A stretch of 64,000 bases of DNA from Piromyces finnis finn (lineage: Eukaryota; Fungi; Neocallimastigomycota). Below are positions 14,311 through 27,436 of this stretch, in pieces. A model generated the notes under the pieces. It was not told where the DNA came from, searched no databases, and was given only the letters and a program-made list of their open reading frames with translations. The position numbers and the translations under genes were made by a program. Each line of letters starts with the position of its first letter. Positions within the stretch are counted from its first letter, which is position 1. The stretch spans positions 1 through 64,000 of the forward strand of contig MCFH01000036.1 in NCBI GenBank assembly GCA_002104945.1, read 5' to 3'.

Positions 14311-15109
14311 CACAAAAACAGGTCATTTTGTTTATATAAAAAAGCTCTAGTAATGTTATTGTTATAGGATATGTAAAAAAGTATTATAATTTATATATAT
14401 AACAAATAATAAGAACTAATTTATTATTTTTGCAGGTATTAAAAAAGATTTATATAATTTTTAAATTTATTTTTTTTAATAACTCTATAGTAAATAATAA
14501 ATAATTATATATATAGTTTTAAAAAGGTTTTAAAGTCAAAAGGTTTCCTTATAGGAAATCCTTTTTCTAAAGAATGTTATTTTTATAAAAATTTAAATCA
14601 TAAAATAAAGAGAAAATCAAATAATTCAAAATATTTTCATTAGATAATTTTAGATATAACAGGAAAAGAGCTAGTATTGATTTAAATAATCTTATGGCCA
14701 TTCTTGTAAAAGAGCTTTTCTTTTTAAATTTAAAGGAATTAATCATTAAAAAAAAGGTAAATGATATTCAAATTATAAAAAAATTTTTATATTATTTATG
14801 ATCGAATAGTGGATATTTCCTTTTGAATAATTAAAAAAAAAAAAAGATTTATTCTATAAATTAATATTATCTGTGAAAATAAAATACATTCCAAAAATAA
14901 TATTTTATGTATTTTTTATGTATTTGTATTTTATAAAATTATAAATTAATATTGTACTACATTTTTTGTTCTTTGGTTATTTTAAAAATAAAAGATTTAA
15001 GAAAGTTACAATATTTATATATAAAAAAATAAATATAAATAAATAAAAGATTATAAAAAAACCCAAATAATTTTATAAATAAATTTAAGTGTAAATTAAA
15101 TTTATCCTT

Positions 15110-15780
15110 GACATTATCAGATAATTTTATATTCTAATCCAATTTATTTTCTTTAAGAAAGAAACAAAGTAATTGACCATTGTTAATGTTTTCTATATTG
15201 AAATTATTCATTAAATTGTTCGATATACTTTGAATTTTATTATTATGTATATTTAATGATTCTAAAATAATTTAATTACTTATTTCTTTTTGATAGACCA
15301 TTCAATTCAACAGGTTATTTGTGATATACAATTTTTTTAGAAAAAACAAAATTTCCAATTTCGTTTAGTAATATTTTTATTTGAGTATTATGAATACTTA
15401 AATAAGCCTAGTTCAACCAAATTTCTTATTTTTCTTTAGTATATTTCCAATTTGATTTATATCAATAATCAAACTTTGTAAATTCAATTAAATTTTCTAT
15501 TTCTTTTGGATCTTTTTTTATTTGAAAAGATATGCAAATAGATAATGAATTTAATTTAAGTTTCTTTTTTCTTTTGGTAATTGAGTTAATTGGTTTCAAA
15601 TATTTTAAATTTCTTAAATTTCTCATTATTTTCATCTCTTCTAAGATTTAATTTAGTTTAAATTCAAATTCTGTTAAATTTTCTGAAGCAAAATTTCTTC
15701 TGAAAATACCTCTAACCAATAACGATTTCAATTTTAATACTTTTATTTTATTTCTTTTTTTTATTTTTTACATTTCTTAG
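15110..15780 (-). pseudogene. Degraded leucine-rich-repeat gene
   Basis: Interrupted frames give YLSIHNTQIKILLNEIGN, LKKLYITNNLL and LESLNIHNNKIQSI (LxxLxLxxNxL pattern), with several stops and frameshifts. Ends are approximate. Confidence 0.55.
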
Positions 15781-16282
15781 TACTAAATTATTTTAAAACA
15801 TTTCAACTTCAAAAAATAAAAAATAAAATAAAAATAAAAAAAATTATTGTATCAGGTATTAATATTAATATTAAAAAATTATAAATAATAATGTAAAAAT
15901 ACAATAATTCTATAAATTAAAAAAAACTTTTTTGTTTCATTTTGATATATCAAAATTAAAGAAAAAGCATTTAATAATTATTATTATTATTTTGAAATAA
16001 ATTTTACATATATATCTATATGTATATATATCTATATTTATATATTTACAAAAGGTTTTTATCTATATATAGAAAACTACAAGATGAATATATATATATA
16101 TTCTTGGATAGTTTATTTTTTTTTTATATTTATTAATAGTGTATTTTATTATTTCTAAATTTATTATTATTATTATTATTAATTTTACTATTTTTACATT
16201 AATATGAATTTAGAAATATTAATAATTACATATATATATAGGCAAGGTGTGTATTTTATTTTAGAATTTTTTTTTTTTTTTT

Positions 16283-19111
16283 TTATTTTTCAAAACTGGA
16301 TTTATCTTGATATAATGATTCCATTAAACGATACAGTTGTTTCTTATTTTTTGAAGTGAATTTTTGTATATTGTTTGTTCGTAGATTGAAAAATATTTTT
16401 TGGGAATTCAAAATCCTTTTTATGTTCTTTTCATTCTTTTCTGAATTTTGTGAAAATGCTACATTGAAATGAATGACTTTTTCAATGGTGTATACTGATG
16501 GTATATCATATCCATAGTAATCAATCGTTCTATCTTTATTAAGAATTGGTGCAGTCTTATTTCTAATTTCCCCATAACCAGAAACATATTCTGGATAGTA
16601 GGGTTGACTTGTTCCATAGATATTGTAATTGGATATTAAATAAATTGGGTAAAAGGCACTTTTCTTATTATGAACAATCTCATCAATATCTTCATTAAAA
16701 AGTTGGCGAGCAGGTTCAAATAAATCACGATAGAATGGATAAGGTGTATCGAAAAGGTAACGATAGGATCTGAAATAACTTTCACCAAAATATTTTTTAA
16801 TTATATTATAGGTAGCATATAATGGCTTATTTATTTCGCTTAATGATTTCACGTCATCTTTTTCAAGAGGTGAATAGTAGTTATATTTTGGATAGAAGGT
16901 ATTACTTAAAAAGAAACGTGGATGCGTATATTTTATAAAGAAATGATTATATTTAATATAAATAAAGCGTTCAGTTAATCCTGGAATTTTATCTAAATAC
17001 ATTTCAAATAAGTTCTTTTTGGTTGTGTTTTTGTATTTGCTTGGAAGTAATTGAGATTGAGGAATGATTTGAATGCGTTTGTTGCTTTTATCAACCCATG
17101 TAAGATCATTATTACTTTTATCTTTGGTGATAATAAAAATCTTTCCCTTAAACCATGGTAAATACTTTTCTATTGAACGAATTGAAAATTTCAACTGTTC
17201 GGTCATCAACATTGTATTCTTTTGATTAATATCAATTTCGTTATTTAATCCATAAACAATAGAAATGTTTGAAACCCACTGCCAATCTTTTTCTAATTCT
17301 TGTGAACTATTCGAATAATTTAAGAGGAATTTGACTTCCTCTTCTTCTCTGACACTAACGCTATTCTGAGGTTCAGATAGAGCTTCCTTTTTATTTAAAT
17401 AATTAATAACAATTTCAAAACTAAGTTTTTTAAGATCTTCCTTTAGCGCTGTACGCTCTTCTTCAGAATCTTTATTGTAGAATTCATCATATTGTTCATT
17501 CTTTGATAATTCCTCAATACTATCGAGCAATGGAAGTACTTTTAAATCTAAATCAACATATTCCTTCTTTTCAAATTGAGAAGGCGTTGGATAACGAGTA
17601 ATCATATACCTTACAAGTTGATATAATGCTTCATCTTTTGTATATTCATCATTAAGATTGTAAACCCGAAGTTGTATATCATTTCTAAATCTTTCAAATC
17701 TTTTAGCATTATTATCATAACCGTTATTAATGCTACCAAACTTGACAAAGGTTGCACTAGTTTTTGGAGGAACCATTTCACAGGAATACTTTTTAATAGT
17801 TCTTTCTCTATCATTAGGCAATGGTGTTCCCTTAACATTTTTGGCTTTTCCAATACCTCCTATCTTTAATGGAAAATCTTCATGCTTAGTAGCATAATAC
17901 AAATAGGATTGATACATGTAAAGTAAGTGAGGTTTAAATGGATTTCTAAATCTATCAGAACAAACAGGTTTAATTTCTTCTTTAAATAATTGACGGAAAG
18001 GTTCCATTAAATCACGATAAATAACATATGCGGTATGAAGGTAATAACGATATTCGAATTCAGGATCAAAATATTCTCTAATGATTTCACGAGTAAAATA
18101 TTTTGAAGCTTGAAACATTTGAACAACACTATTTTTCTTTATAATTTCATCGGTTTTTTCTTTTGTTAATTCAACAATGTGACTACGGTAAACTTTAGGA
18201 TAGTGATTTTTTCTTGTGAAAAAGAAACATGGATGAACGTAATTATTTAAGAACATATCATCATTAAAGTATATAAAATATTCAGTGACACCTGGAATTC
18301 TATCTAAAAATAATTCAATAGTATTTGCATCATAAGTTGGGCGATAGTGTTCCTGGATAATATCTTTGTGATAAACTATTTTAATTTTTGAATTAGAAGT
18401 GTCTAACCATTTTGGGACTTGATTATCTGTAACAATAAAAATAGTACCATTATGCCATGGCATATATTGTTCTAAAGAACGAAGAGAATAACGTAATTCA
18501 TCTACATTACGGTCTCTACTATTAAATGAACGATAACCTCCATTGTATTTCGATTTAATATCAGTAAAATTAACATCATCACCATTCACCCAAGTGTAAA
18601 CAACGGATACACTTTTTGCCCATTCCCATTCTGGTTCTAATTCTTCTCCTTTATAATTTTCAATAATTTCTTTTTCCATATTTCTTTCGATTTCTAATTG
18701 TTTTAATTCCGTAATACTATTATCAGCTTTATCATTATTAATATAACTTTTATTGACTGTACTGTTTTTATTCTTATCAATAATTATTTCATTTTTCTCT
18801 TCATTATAATTTTCATTATCACTAATGATTTCTTTTACAAGATTATCTTCGCCAATTCCTTCATTTTCATTGGATAATTCGCTAGTTTCATCTAAATGTC
18901 CATTTTTTAATTGCTCTTCTAATATATTTATATTTTCGTTTGAGTCGATATTATTTATATTTTTAATTATTTTACCATCTTCAGTTGTAATTACATATTT
19001 ATTATTTATTGAATTGCTATTTATAAATATACGGCTTAAAATTAAAAAAAGGAAGCCTATTGATATACATGATATTATATATATCTTTACTTTACGTTTT
19101 ATTAAAAACAT
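16283..19111 (-). CDS. Stealth-family hexose-1-phosphate transferase-like protein, 942 aa, type II anchor, two tandem Stealth domains, intronless
   Basis: N-terminal TM helix. CR1 VVYTWVNG, CR2 DELRYSLRSLEQYMPW...IPGVTEYFIYFNDDMFL, CR3 HTAY, CR4 YNLND. Second copy reads LKFSIRSIEKYLPW...IPGLTERFIYIKYNH. Confidence 0.92.
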   Translation of the reverse strand: MFLIKRKVKIYIISCISIGFLFLILSRIFINSNSINNKYVITTEDGKIIKNINNIDSNENINILEEQLKNGHLDETSELSNENEGIGEDNLVKEIISDNENYNEEKNEIIIDKNKNSTVNKSYINNDKADNSITELKQLEIERNMEKEIIENYKGEELEPEWEWAKSVSVVYTWVNGDDVNFTDIKSKYNGGYRSFNSRDRNVDELRYSLRSLEQYMPWHNGTIFIVTDNQVPKWLDTSNSKIKIVYHKDIIQEHYRPTYDANTIELFLDRIPGVTEYFIYFNDDMFLNNYVHPCFFFTRKNHYPKVYRSHIVELTKEKTDEIIKKNSVVQMFQASKYFTREIIREYFDPEFEYRYYLHTAYVIYRDLMEPFRQLFKEEIKPVCSDRFRNPFKPHLLYMYQSYLYYATKHEDFPLKIGGIGKAKNVKGTPLPNDRERTIKKYSCEMVPPKTSATFVKFGSINNGYDNNAKRFERFRNDIQLRVYNLNDEYTKDEALYQLVRYMITRYPTPSQFEKKEYVDLDLKVLPLLDSIEELSKNEQYDEFYNKDSEEERTALKEDLKKLSFEIVINYLNKKEALSEPQNSVSVREEEEVKFLLNYSNSSQELEKDWQWVSNISIVYGLNNEIDINQKNTMLMTEQLKFSIRSIEKYLPWFKGKIFIITKDKSNNDLTWVDKSNKRIQIIPQSQLLPSKYKNTTKKNLFEMYLDKIPGLTERFIYIKYNHFFIKYTHPRFFLSNTFYPKYNYYSPLEKDDVKSLSEINKPLYATYNIIKKYFGESYFRSYRYLFDTPYPFYRDLFEPARQLFNEDIDEIVHNKKSAFYPIYLISNYNIYGTSQPYYPEYVSGYGEIRNKTAPILNKDRTIDYYGYDIPSVYTIEKVIHFNVAFSQNSEKNEKNIKRILNSQKIFFNLRTNNIQKFTSKNKKQLYRLMESLYQDKSSFEK

Positions 19112-20177
19112 TGACTAATATATTTATTAATTGTTTTATATTATTATTTCAAATTGAATATAAATTCTTTTGTGTATTTATTCTTTCAATTTGTTATTAT
19201 TTATATTTCTATAATTTTGTATAAGTTTTTGCGTATTTATTTTTCTTAATTTGATTTTTTTTTTTTTAACGAAATACTTTCTTTATTCTATTATTTTTGG
19301 CATTAATAAATGAAATTCTCTCTATTAATATTATATATTTTCTTTTAATTATTTATTATATATAAGTCATTTAAAATAAATATTCTTGAAATGTTTTAAT
19401 TTTTTTTTTCTTTCTTTTTTTTTTTTTTAATGTTTTAATTACTATTTTTTGATACCTTTTTTTTTTTATATTATATTCCTTTGTCAATTTTTTTATTTAA
19501 AAATTAATTATTATAATTTGATTCAAATAAATTAAATTAATTTATTTTTAATTTATTTATAAATTAAATATTATATTAAATTTTTTGAATGAATTAAACT
19601 AACAAACTAACGCATTTCAATAATGTATTAATAATGTATTTGACATTATGATTAATCAATAAAAGTTATTAATTTTATTTAAAAAAAATAATTATCAATG
19701 ACCAAGCCTTTTTATTTTTTTATCATTTAAATTTTCTAATTAATATATAAACTATTCTCTTTAAAAATATAAATTTATTTTTTTTTAAAAAGAAATGGAT
19801 TTTTTTTTAAATATTGAAATTGTATTATACAATAAAAAAAAAAAGAGTTAATTATTATTATAAATTAAACTTTTGTTCAACCATAAAAATAAAAACTTTA
19901 AATAATAAAAGTCGTAGAATTTTTTGAAATTTGATTGGTCTTCACATGAAATAAAAATTAATTAAAAAATTGAAAAGTTATTAATTTAAAAAAAGGTAGG
20001 ATAATATAAAATAAAAAAGTAACCTTTTATATCATTATAGAATAATATTTAAATAGAAAAAAAGATAAATAAGAATAAATATTGTGTATATCCTTTAAAT
20101 ACAATCTAAGGTTTAATATGCAAAAACAGTATTAATTAAATTCATATTATTATATATATTAATTTAAAATTTCAAAC

Positions 20178-23006
20178 ATGAATAGTTTAATAAATATTAT
20201 TCAAACAACAAAAAACTTTGAAGAAATAAAGAAATATATTGAAAAAAATAATATTATAATTAAAAATTTAAATAATAAAAACTTTGATATTATTTTATAT
20301 TTAATCGAATTTTGTTCATCTTATGAAATTATTCATTATTTTATTAACGAATGCTGCTATGATACTTTTAATTATACATGTTATGGACTTGCATTTCGTT
20401 CCAATCAAGTACCTCTTTTTACAGCAATAATTAAAAAGAAATTTAAGGTAGCGGACTTACTAATGGAAAAGGGTGCCTCAATTAATTATTGTATTAATAA
20501 TTTTGATGGTCGACAAATAAGTATATTGGATTATATTTGTTTTGTAAAAGAAGTATTTGAATTTGATATTGAGCAACTTAAATATATAATCTATAATGGG
20601 TATAATAAAAGGATAACTTTATCTACTATCGTTAAATTAATTAAATATAAAAAAATAGATTTATTAAATTTTATTTTTAGACACGGTATTTATAATAATG
20701 ACTATATAATAAAATGGTTAATGATATATAAAAATAAAATACCGTTATCTAATGAACATATTCATGAGGAGATTTATAATAAAAATAGTATATCATCTAC
20801 TAATAATGAGATATTTAAACTTGAAATATCTAATGATATCATTGATAAAATAGATTTTAATGTTTACCAAGATGTTCTATGCCTAATATTAGAGTATCAT
20901 TGTATTAAACCGATTTCACCATCAAAAATGAATGCTTTTTTAGAATCAGCAATTTATAATAAAAATTTACCTTTACTAACACAAATATTAAAATCACCTT
21001 TTTTTGATATTACCTCTGTTTCAATAGATAATATATTGTATAGGTGTATTCGTATTTTTAATGTTAGATCTATTATAGAACCATTTATTCAAGAATTAAA
21101 AAAATATTCTATTAAGGATTATTTACAAAGAAATTCATATGAAAAGATATTAAGAGAAGCATCAAAATTGTGTCTAGTAAATTGTAAAAATAAAAATGTC
21201 AAGTTCAGTTCATACAATTTTAAAGATAACTTGAAACTATTAATAGAAATCCTTCTATATGGTTATATACCACCTAATAAAGAACAAATTAAGATGGATT
21301 TAACATATATAAAGGAGGAGGACTCAAATTATCTGTCTTTAATAATAAATTCTTTAATTAAAGTAAATGATTTTTTATCACTTCAAAAATTAATGGAAGA
21401 TCCGTCAATAAAATCAAAAATTAATATTAATCTTATTGATTGTAATAATGAACAGCCGATAGCTACAGCATTTGATTCTGGTTCAATTGAAAATTTTAAA
21501 TATTTATTAGCGTATGGTGCAAATCCGAATTCTACTTTAAATAATTATGAAACTCGATTTAATGATCTATTATTTTATTCATCACTGACAGAAAAAAAAA
21601 TTCCTATAATTGCTTGTCTTTTAATGAAATATTCAAAGGAAATTTTTAGTGAGGAGGAAAGAAAAGAAAATATACCAAGTAACCGATATGTTCATTCAAT
21701 AATTACATCTAATTATAAAATATATTCCTCAGAACTAATTAAAGCAATTTATTTAAAAAATAGTCAAGAGGTTGAAGCACTTCTTAAAATCCCAGAAAAT
21801 AAAAATGCAAAAGGTTTATGGGGAGGTCCTATTTTTCCTGAAAAATTAGTTAGTTCTATTTGTCCATCTTATAATAAATTAAAAAGAAAATTTACTGCAT
21901 TAATATACTCTTATCTTATTGGCGATGACAATATTTTTATCCTATTAGCTGAGGGTAGTGATGTCAATGAAAAAGATGATTTTGGAAATACTTTACTTTT
22001 TTATGCCATTTTAAAAGAAGATATAATTATGATTAATAGATTGGTAGATTTTGGGGCTGATTTTGAAAACGTTTCAATGATAAAATCATGTAATCACTTA
22101 GATTATTATATGGCAATAGAGATAGCAATTTATTCTGGTAATAAAGATATTTTATTAAAATTAATAAATATACCAATAATAAATCTAAATAAAACAAATC
22201 ACCTTAATAATAGCATTATAGAAATTTTATTGAAAAGTCAATTATTTACTGAAAAAGATAAAATAGAAATCATGGAAAACCTTTTAAAAAGAGGTTGTCG
22301 TCGAGATCTTTATAACTCTAATTATTGTTTTCCACTGGTTTTAGCCGTAAACATGAACTCTTTATCAATAGTAAAGCTATTAATCAAATATAATGCAAAA
22401 GTTAATTTTGGTGATAACCAACAGTCTCTGTTAGAAATAGCAATACGTAATAGATCATTACCAATGGTTCAATTACTTTTAGACCATGGGGCTAATATAA
22501 ATATAAAAGTTTATAATGAAAGAAGTTCCTTACTTTGGTATGCTATTAAACAAGGCTGTTTAGCGATAGTTGAATATTTAATGGGAAAAAATATTAGTTT
22601 AAGTATAGGTGATGATATAACCTATGAAGATTTAGTGATAATAAATCAACATAAAGATATAGTTGTTTCAAAAGAATTTCAAACAATTCTGAATTATAAT
22701 ATGTATAGAATTACTGGCCATCTTCTTCAACAGATTATTCATCATAATGATATAAATATGTTAAGATTATTGTTACATTGTCAATTAGAAATCAATAAAA
22801 AAGATTCAAAAGGTAACTCACTATTAGCTATGGCTGTAATGAAAAGTAATTTAAATATATTTAATTATTTAATTAGACAAGGTGCAGACCTTCATAGTAT
22901 AAATTTAAAAGGTCAATCTATTTATGATTTAGCAATCATTCACTGTAATACATATTATGGTCGATATATCTATAATAAACTTTATCGATGTATTAATCAG
23001 CAATAA
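20178..23006 (+). CDS. Ankyrin-repeat protein, 942 aa, intronless
   Basis: Repeats such as VPLFTAI..ADLLMEKGASIN, GNTLLFYAI..LVDFGAD, SLLEIAI..LLLDHGANIN and GNSLLAMAV..LIRQGADL. Confidence 0.92.
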   Translation: MNSLINIIQTTKNFEEIKKYIEKNNIIIKNLNNKNFDIILYLIEFCSSYEIIHYFINECCYDTFNYTCYGLAFRSNQVPLFTAIIKKKFKVADLLMEKGASINYCINNFDGRQISILDYICFVKEVFEFDIEQLKYIIYNGYNKRITLSTIVKLIKYKKIDLLNFIFRHGIYNNDYIIKWLMIYKNKIPLSNEHIHEEIYNKNSISSTNNEIFKLEISNDIIDKIDFNVYQDVLCLILEYHCIKPISPSKMNAFLESAIYNKNLPLLTQILKSPFFDITSVSIDNILYRCIRIFNVRSIIEPFIQELKKYSIKDYLQRNSYEKILREASKLCLVNCKNKNVKFSSYNFKDNLKLLIEILLYGYIPPNKEQIKMDLTYIKEEDSNYLSLIINSLIKVNDFLSLQKLMEDPSIKSKININLIDCNNEQPIATAFDSGSIENFKYLLAYGANPNSTLNNYETRFNDLLFYSSLTEKKIPIIACLLMKYSKEIFSEEERKENIPSNRYVHSIITSNYKIYSSELIKAIYLKNSQEVEALLKIPENKNAKGLWGGPIFPEKLVSSICPSYNKLKRKFTALIYSYLIGDDNIFILLAEGSDVNEKDDFGNTLLFYAILKEDIIMINRLVDFGADFENVSMIKSCNHLDYYMAIEIAIYSGNKDILLKLINIPIINLNKTNHLNNSIIEILLKSQLFTEKDKIEIMENLLKRGCRRDLYNSNYCFPLVLAVNMNSLSIVKLLIKYNAKVNFGDNQQSLLEIAIRNRSLPMVQLLLDHGANINIKVYNERSSLLWYAIKQGCLAIVEYLMGKNISLSIGDDITYEDLVIINQHKDIVVSKEFQTILNYNMYRITGHLLQQIIHHNDINMLRLLLHCQLEINKKDSKGNSLLAMAVMKSNLNIFNYLIRQGADLHSINLKGQSIYDLAIIHCNTYYGRYIYNKLYRCINQQ

Positions 23007-23246
23007 TTAATTAAAATTATATAAATAAATATTTAAAATTAATCGTACTATTGGTAATTACTATTTTAATTTAATAGATGCTAAAAATTTATTTATTTAT
23101 TAGATTCTTATAATAAATGAACGAGTAAATTTTTATTTTAATTATTTATTAATTATAGAATTTAATAAGTAAATAAACAACATTATATATATATTTTTCG
23201 ATAAATTTTCTTTAATAATATCTGTTAATGTAGTTTTTTTTTCTTT

Positions 23247-24819
23247 TTATTGATTATTAATACTTGATAAAGAATATGTATCGGTTTGACCGGAAGTTTT
23301 AATGAAATCAGCAATAATTAAATGAGAATAAAAAGATATACATTTATTAGAAATTTTAGTCGTATAGGCGTTTGGTTTAAAGAAAGAATCTGTTGGATAT
23401 CCTAAATCTAAACTATGTGTTAATAATCTTTTAGAAAATGGAATTAATAAATCAAGGCTAACTCTTCTATATGAAATTTGGTTAAATTTTTTTACAAGAG
23501 CAACTGGAATATCTTGTTGAATATCATTATCAGTAACAAATACATCTTCCATTTCCTCTATTTTTTTTCAATGCATTATACATTTTACATTTTTAATTTA
23601 TTAAATATAAAAAATATTAAATAAAAATAATTTATAGTTAATATATAATCAATAAAATTAAATTTTTGAATGAATATAAGATATATAAAAAACTTATTAG
23701 TGATATCTTTCTGCCAATTTTACCATAATTTTCCTTGTTATCTTGATAAGTTTGACTTTTGTTTTCTAAAGCTTGTTTTATTTGTTTATCAATATCAATA
23801 TTAGGTTCATATTTAGTATCTGGATAGAAAAAGGCTGGTGAAATTTTTTCATTAAATACTTCTTTTTGATAATATTCCAATTCTTCATTTTCACCAAAAC
23901 CAGAAAATGATACAATACGAACATCATTAGTACTATCTTTTATTAAAAGTTCTTTTTCATTTTCTATGATATGTGGGAATGGTGATTCAAGGCATCCCAT
24001 GGCTGAACAATATTTAACCTGAACATCATTACGTAAATGTGCAGTTAAAGTACGATTTGGAAATTGAGCAAGAGCAGCCATAGCTTTCTTGCTACAATGA
24101 TTAATTAATACATGTTTTGAAATTTTTTCTTCCATATTTTCAATTTCTTGTTCAGTAGAAGTTGGTTTTGGTTTTTTAACTTTTTCATCTTGGAATGTTA
24201 ATTCTTTACCAACATCACCAACGACTGTATTGGTGAATATGTTTACAACTGTCTTTTCTGAACGCTTTATAAATTTAATGTTTGCTTCACGATTTTTAGT
24301 AACAAGAGAACCTAAATGAGGTGAACTAATAGCTATGTATGAACAAGGAATAATATTGGAAATGAATGAATATTTTTTTTGAATATATTGGAAGTAGGTA
24401 TCGAAAGTTTCATTATCTTTTAAAAATTTAGAATAAAGTTTGTTGATGAGACCACGACTAACATTACCACCAATAGAATGTCCTGAAAAGGTTAAATAAA
24501 TATTACATTCAACACCTTCGAATTTATTATATTTATCTTCATCCTTTTTTAAATCTTTAATAAACGTTTCTTCAAAATAGTTTATAAATTCATTGTAGGC
24601 GTTATCAAACATAATTTCTAAAGAGAAATTACTACTAAAACCAGAATTAGCTTCATTACAATAACAAGCTACAATATTTTTTGTATCTTTATCTTCTTCA
24701 TTCACAAATAACTTTTTAAATAGATTTTCTGTTTCTACTTTTAAATTTTCATAGTGAGTTTTTCTACCAGCCAAGCAATGGACAAAGTAACAAAAATTAA
24801 CATTTAATTTCTTCATCAT
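23247..24819 (-). CDS. DUF676-type putative serine esterase/lipase (alpha/beta hydrolase), 2 exons, ~468 aa
   Basis: VHCLAG (HGL-like), GHSIGG nucleophile elbow, SPHLG. Exons 24819-23724 and 23557-23247 join in frame through a GT-AG intron. Confidence 0.85.
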
Positions 24820-25479
24820 ACTTTTCTTTATTTATTATATATTTATTGAATTTAATTTTTCTTTAATTACTATTATATATATCTTTTTACTTTAAATGAA
24901 TTAAATGGTATTAAATAAATTTTATTAAATTCTATTATTGAAATGCTTTATTTACACAATATTTTTTTTTTTTTTTTATTTTTTTTTTATTGCTACTATT
25001 TATTAAAATCTAAACATTTAAATATGTTAATATATCACATGTTAATATTAAAAATTTTTATTAATATATTGTTAAAAATATAAAACATTATTTAGTCCTT
25101 TGTTCAAATTGGTAATTGGTAAAAGTGGTTGACTGTAGAATTATATATTTTTTCTTGAAAAAGTTTAACTGCTTACTAACGTAGTTTGAATAGAAATTCA
25201 TCTCTTTACTTTATCATCATTATTTTTTGTTTTTATTTAATTTTTCAAAAAGAATTACGGTAACCAACCAAATAATTAACATCAATATTGGTTAAATTTT
25301 TGGGAATAGAAAAAAAAAAAGGTGAATCATTGCATAAATGAAAAAAAAAAAAAAAAACTTATAAATTAAATGTCAAAAAAAATGAAGCTGAATAATTAAT
25401 TAATGATAAAACTCAAAAGTGTATATAAATTAAAAAAAAAAAAAATAAAAAACTCTATACTTTATTTTTTGAATGCGAA

Positions 25480-26000
25480 TTTTATTGCCATGAATTCAAG
25501 AGAAACTTGTTAAACAAATTAATACAAGAATATAGAAGAAAGGAATTACAATATATGAATGAAATTAACAAATTATTAAAAGATCGTATAAACTTATCAA
25601 AATATTGAAACGAAAATCAATGATATTAATATGGAAATTTCTTTAATTAAAGACAAACAATTAAATGATAATATAAAATTATCCAAAAGAATGGATACAA
25701 AGATTGATAATTTAAATACGGAACTTGATATTATCAAGGACATAAAATAAATTAAATAACAAAAAGGATGAAATGAAACAATCTTCTGATAGCCCTCAAT
25801 ATACTGATGAATTGAAAAGAATTACCAAATGAGTATTTAATTTACGATATGATTTGTCGCTTGGGGTGCAAAAATTAATACTGTAAAGGAGGTGAAATAA
25901 TTACAAGAAGTAATAACTAAAGTGACACAACAACTTAGTATAAATTATGTACCAATTAAAATCAAGAAGAGAAAAGTACATGAGAATTAAAAATCTATGA
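25480..26000 (+). pseudogene. Disrupted coiled-coil coding relic, origin unknown
   Basis: Coding-like stretches (LLNKLIQEYRRKELQYMNEINKLLK; IETKINDINMEISLIKDKQL) broken by a frameshift and stops. No diagnostic motif. Confidence 0.3.
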
Positions 26001-26029
26001 AATTAAATTAAATTAGAAATGAATGAGCA

Positions 26030-26064
<35 letters not shown>

Positions 26065-27436
26065 AAATGAAACATTAATATATTTAAATGGTTTCTTATA
26101 TAGTAAAGTGCGATGTAGTTTTTTTTTTTTTAATATTTCAATAATGAAATTTTAAATATGAAAAAGGAATTTGATGTAATTAATTAATATTTATCAAAAA
26201 GTTTTGATATTACATATGTATTGCATATATTAATTTATTTACATCGAATTTTAAATAGGCTTTAAAAATATTTATATATTTGTCTATATTTGTCTTTATA
26301 GATATATCAATTATTCAATTATATCATAGAAAATGAATATAATCTAAAAATTGTAGTACTTTGTATTATTTTTAATTTCTAAAAAATTTTGTAATTCAGC
26401 ATAAAATTAGTGGTAAAGCGATACTTTCTTTAATATTAAGTTTCATTTTATTAAATAAAACTTAATATTTGCTAATAAAATTTGGTTTTAATCAATTTTC
26501 TCTATTGCAACGGATTGCTTCTTTAAAATATAATTAATAATGAATCTTTTTTAATACCACATTAATTTTTTTTAAAAATAATTATAATGAAATACTTTTA
26601 TCATACAATAATAATGTTTTTTTTTTTTTGTATTGAATGAAAAAAGTTGTAATTAATTATAATTCAACACATTTTTTATTAATAAATTATCTTTTTTAAA
26701 TATGGAATAGTAGTTATAGTAATAGATTTAAACAAGTTCAAAAAATTATTATTAAAAAATTAAAGTTTTTAGGAAAGGATTTAATCAAATTTATAATTAA
26801 TAATATATTCATTTATTAATAAAAAGATTAGTCAAAGTTTTTATTACTCATTTAAATATATATAATTTTCTTTTTTTTTTTTTTTAAAAAATATAGTTTT
26901 TAAATATGTTAAAAATAAGGTTATAAAAGATAAAAAGATTTTATAATTTCCCTTTTTTTAATAGTATTTGGTTTAAAAGTAAGTATAAAATAATTATAAA
27001 ATAAAATTTATTTTAAAGTTAATGTGTTAATATTTAAAAAAATTTTAATAATAATAAATATTTGAAAAGTTGCTTAAATAATCAAATAATATATAAAAAC
27101 TAGAATAACAAATAGTAATTAGTATAATATTATTTTTTATATAATAAATGTATGAAATATTAGTTTTTAAGTAATATTAAAAAATATACCCAAAAGGATT
27201 TTTTTTCTCATATTATTACTATCAAAGTTTAAACATTTTTTTTTTATATTAAATAATATATATATAACTAAATTATAGTCATCTATAATTTTAGAAAAAA
27301 TAATAAAAAGTATTATTATAATTGAATTAAAATATACTCTTTTTTTTTTTTCCATAAAATATAATAATAATAATAATAAAAAAAAAAAAAAAAAAAAAAC
27401 TAAAAAAATTAGATAATACATATTATTATTATTAAA

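Noticed and set aside
16283-23006. The divergent Stealth and ankyrin ORFs are both exactly 942 aa
   Set aside because: They share no sequence similarity, so this is treated as coincidence.
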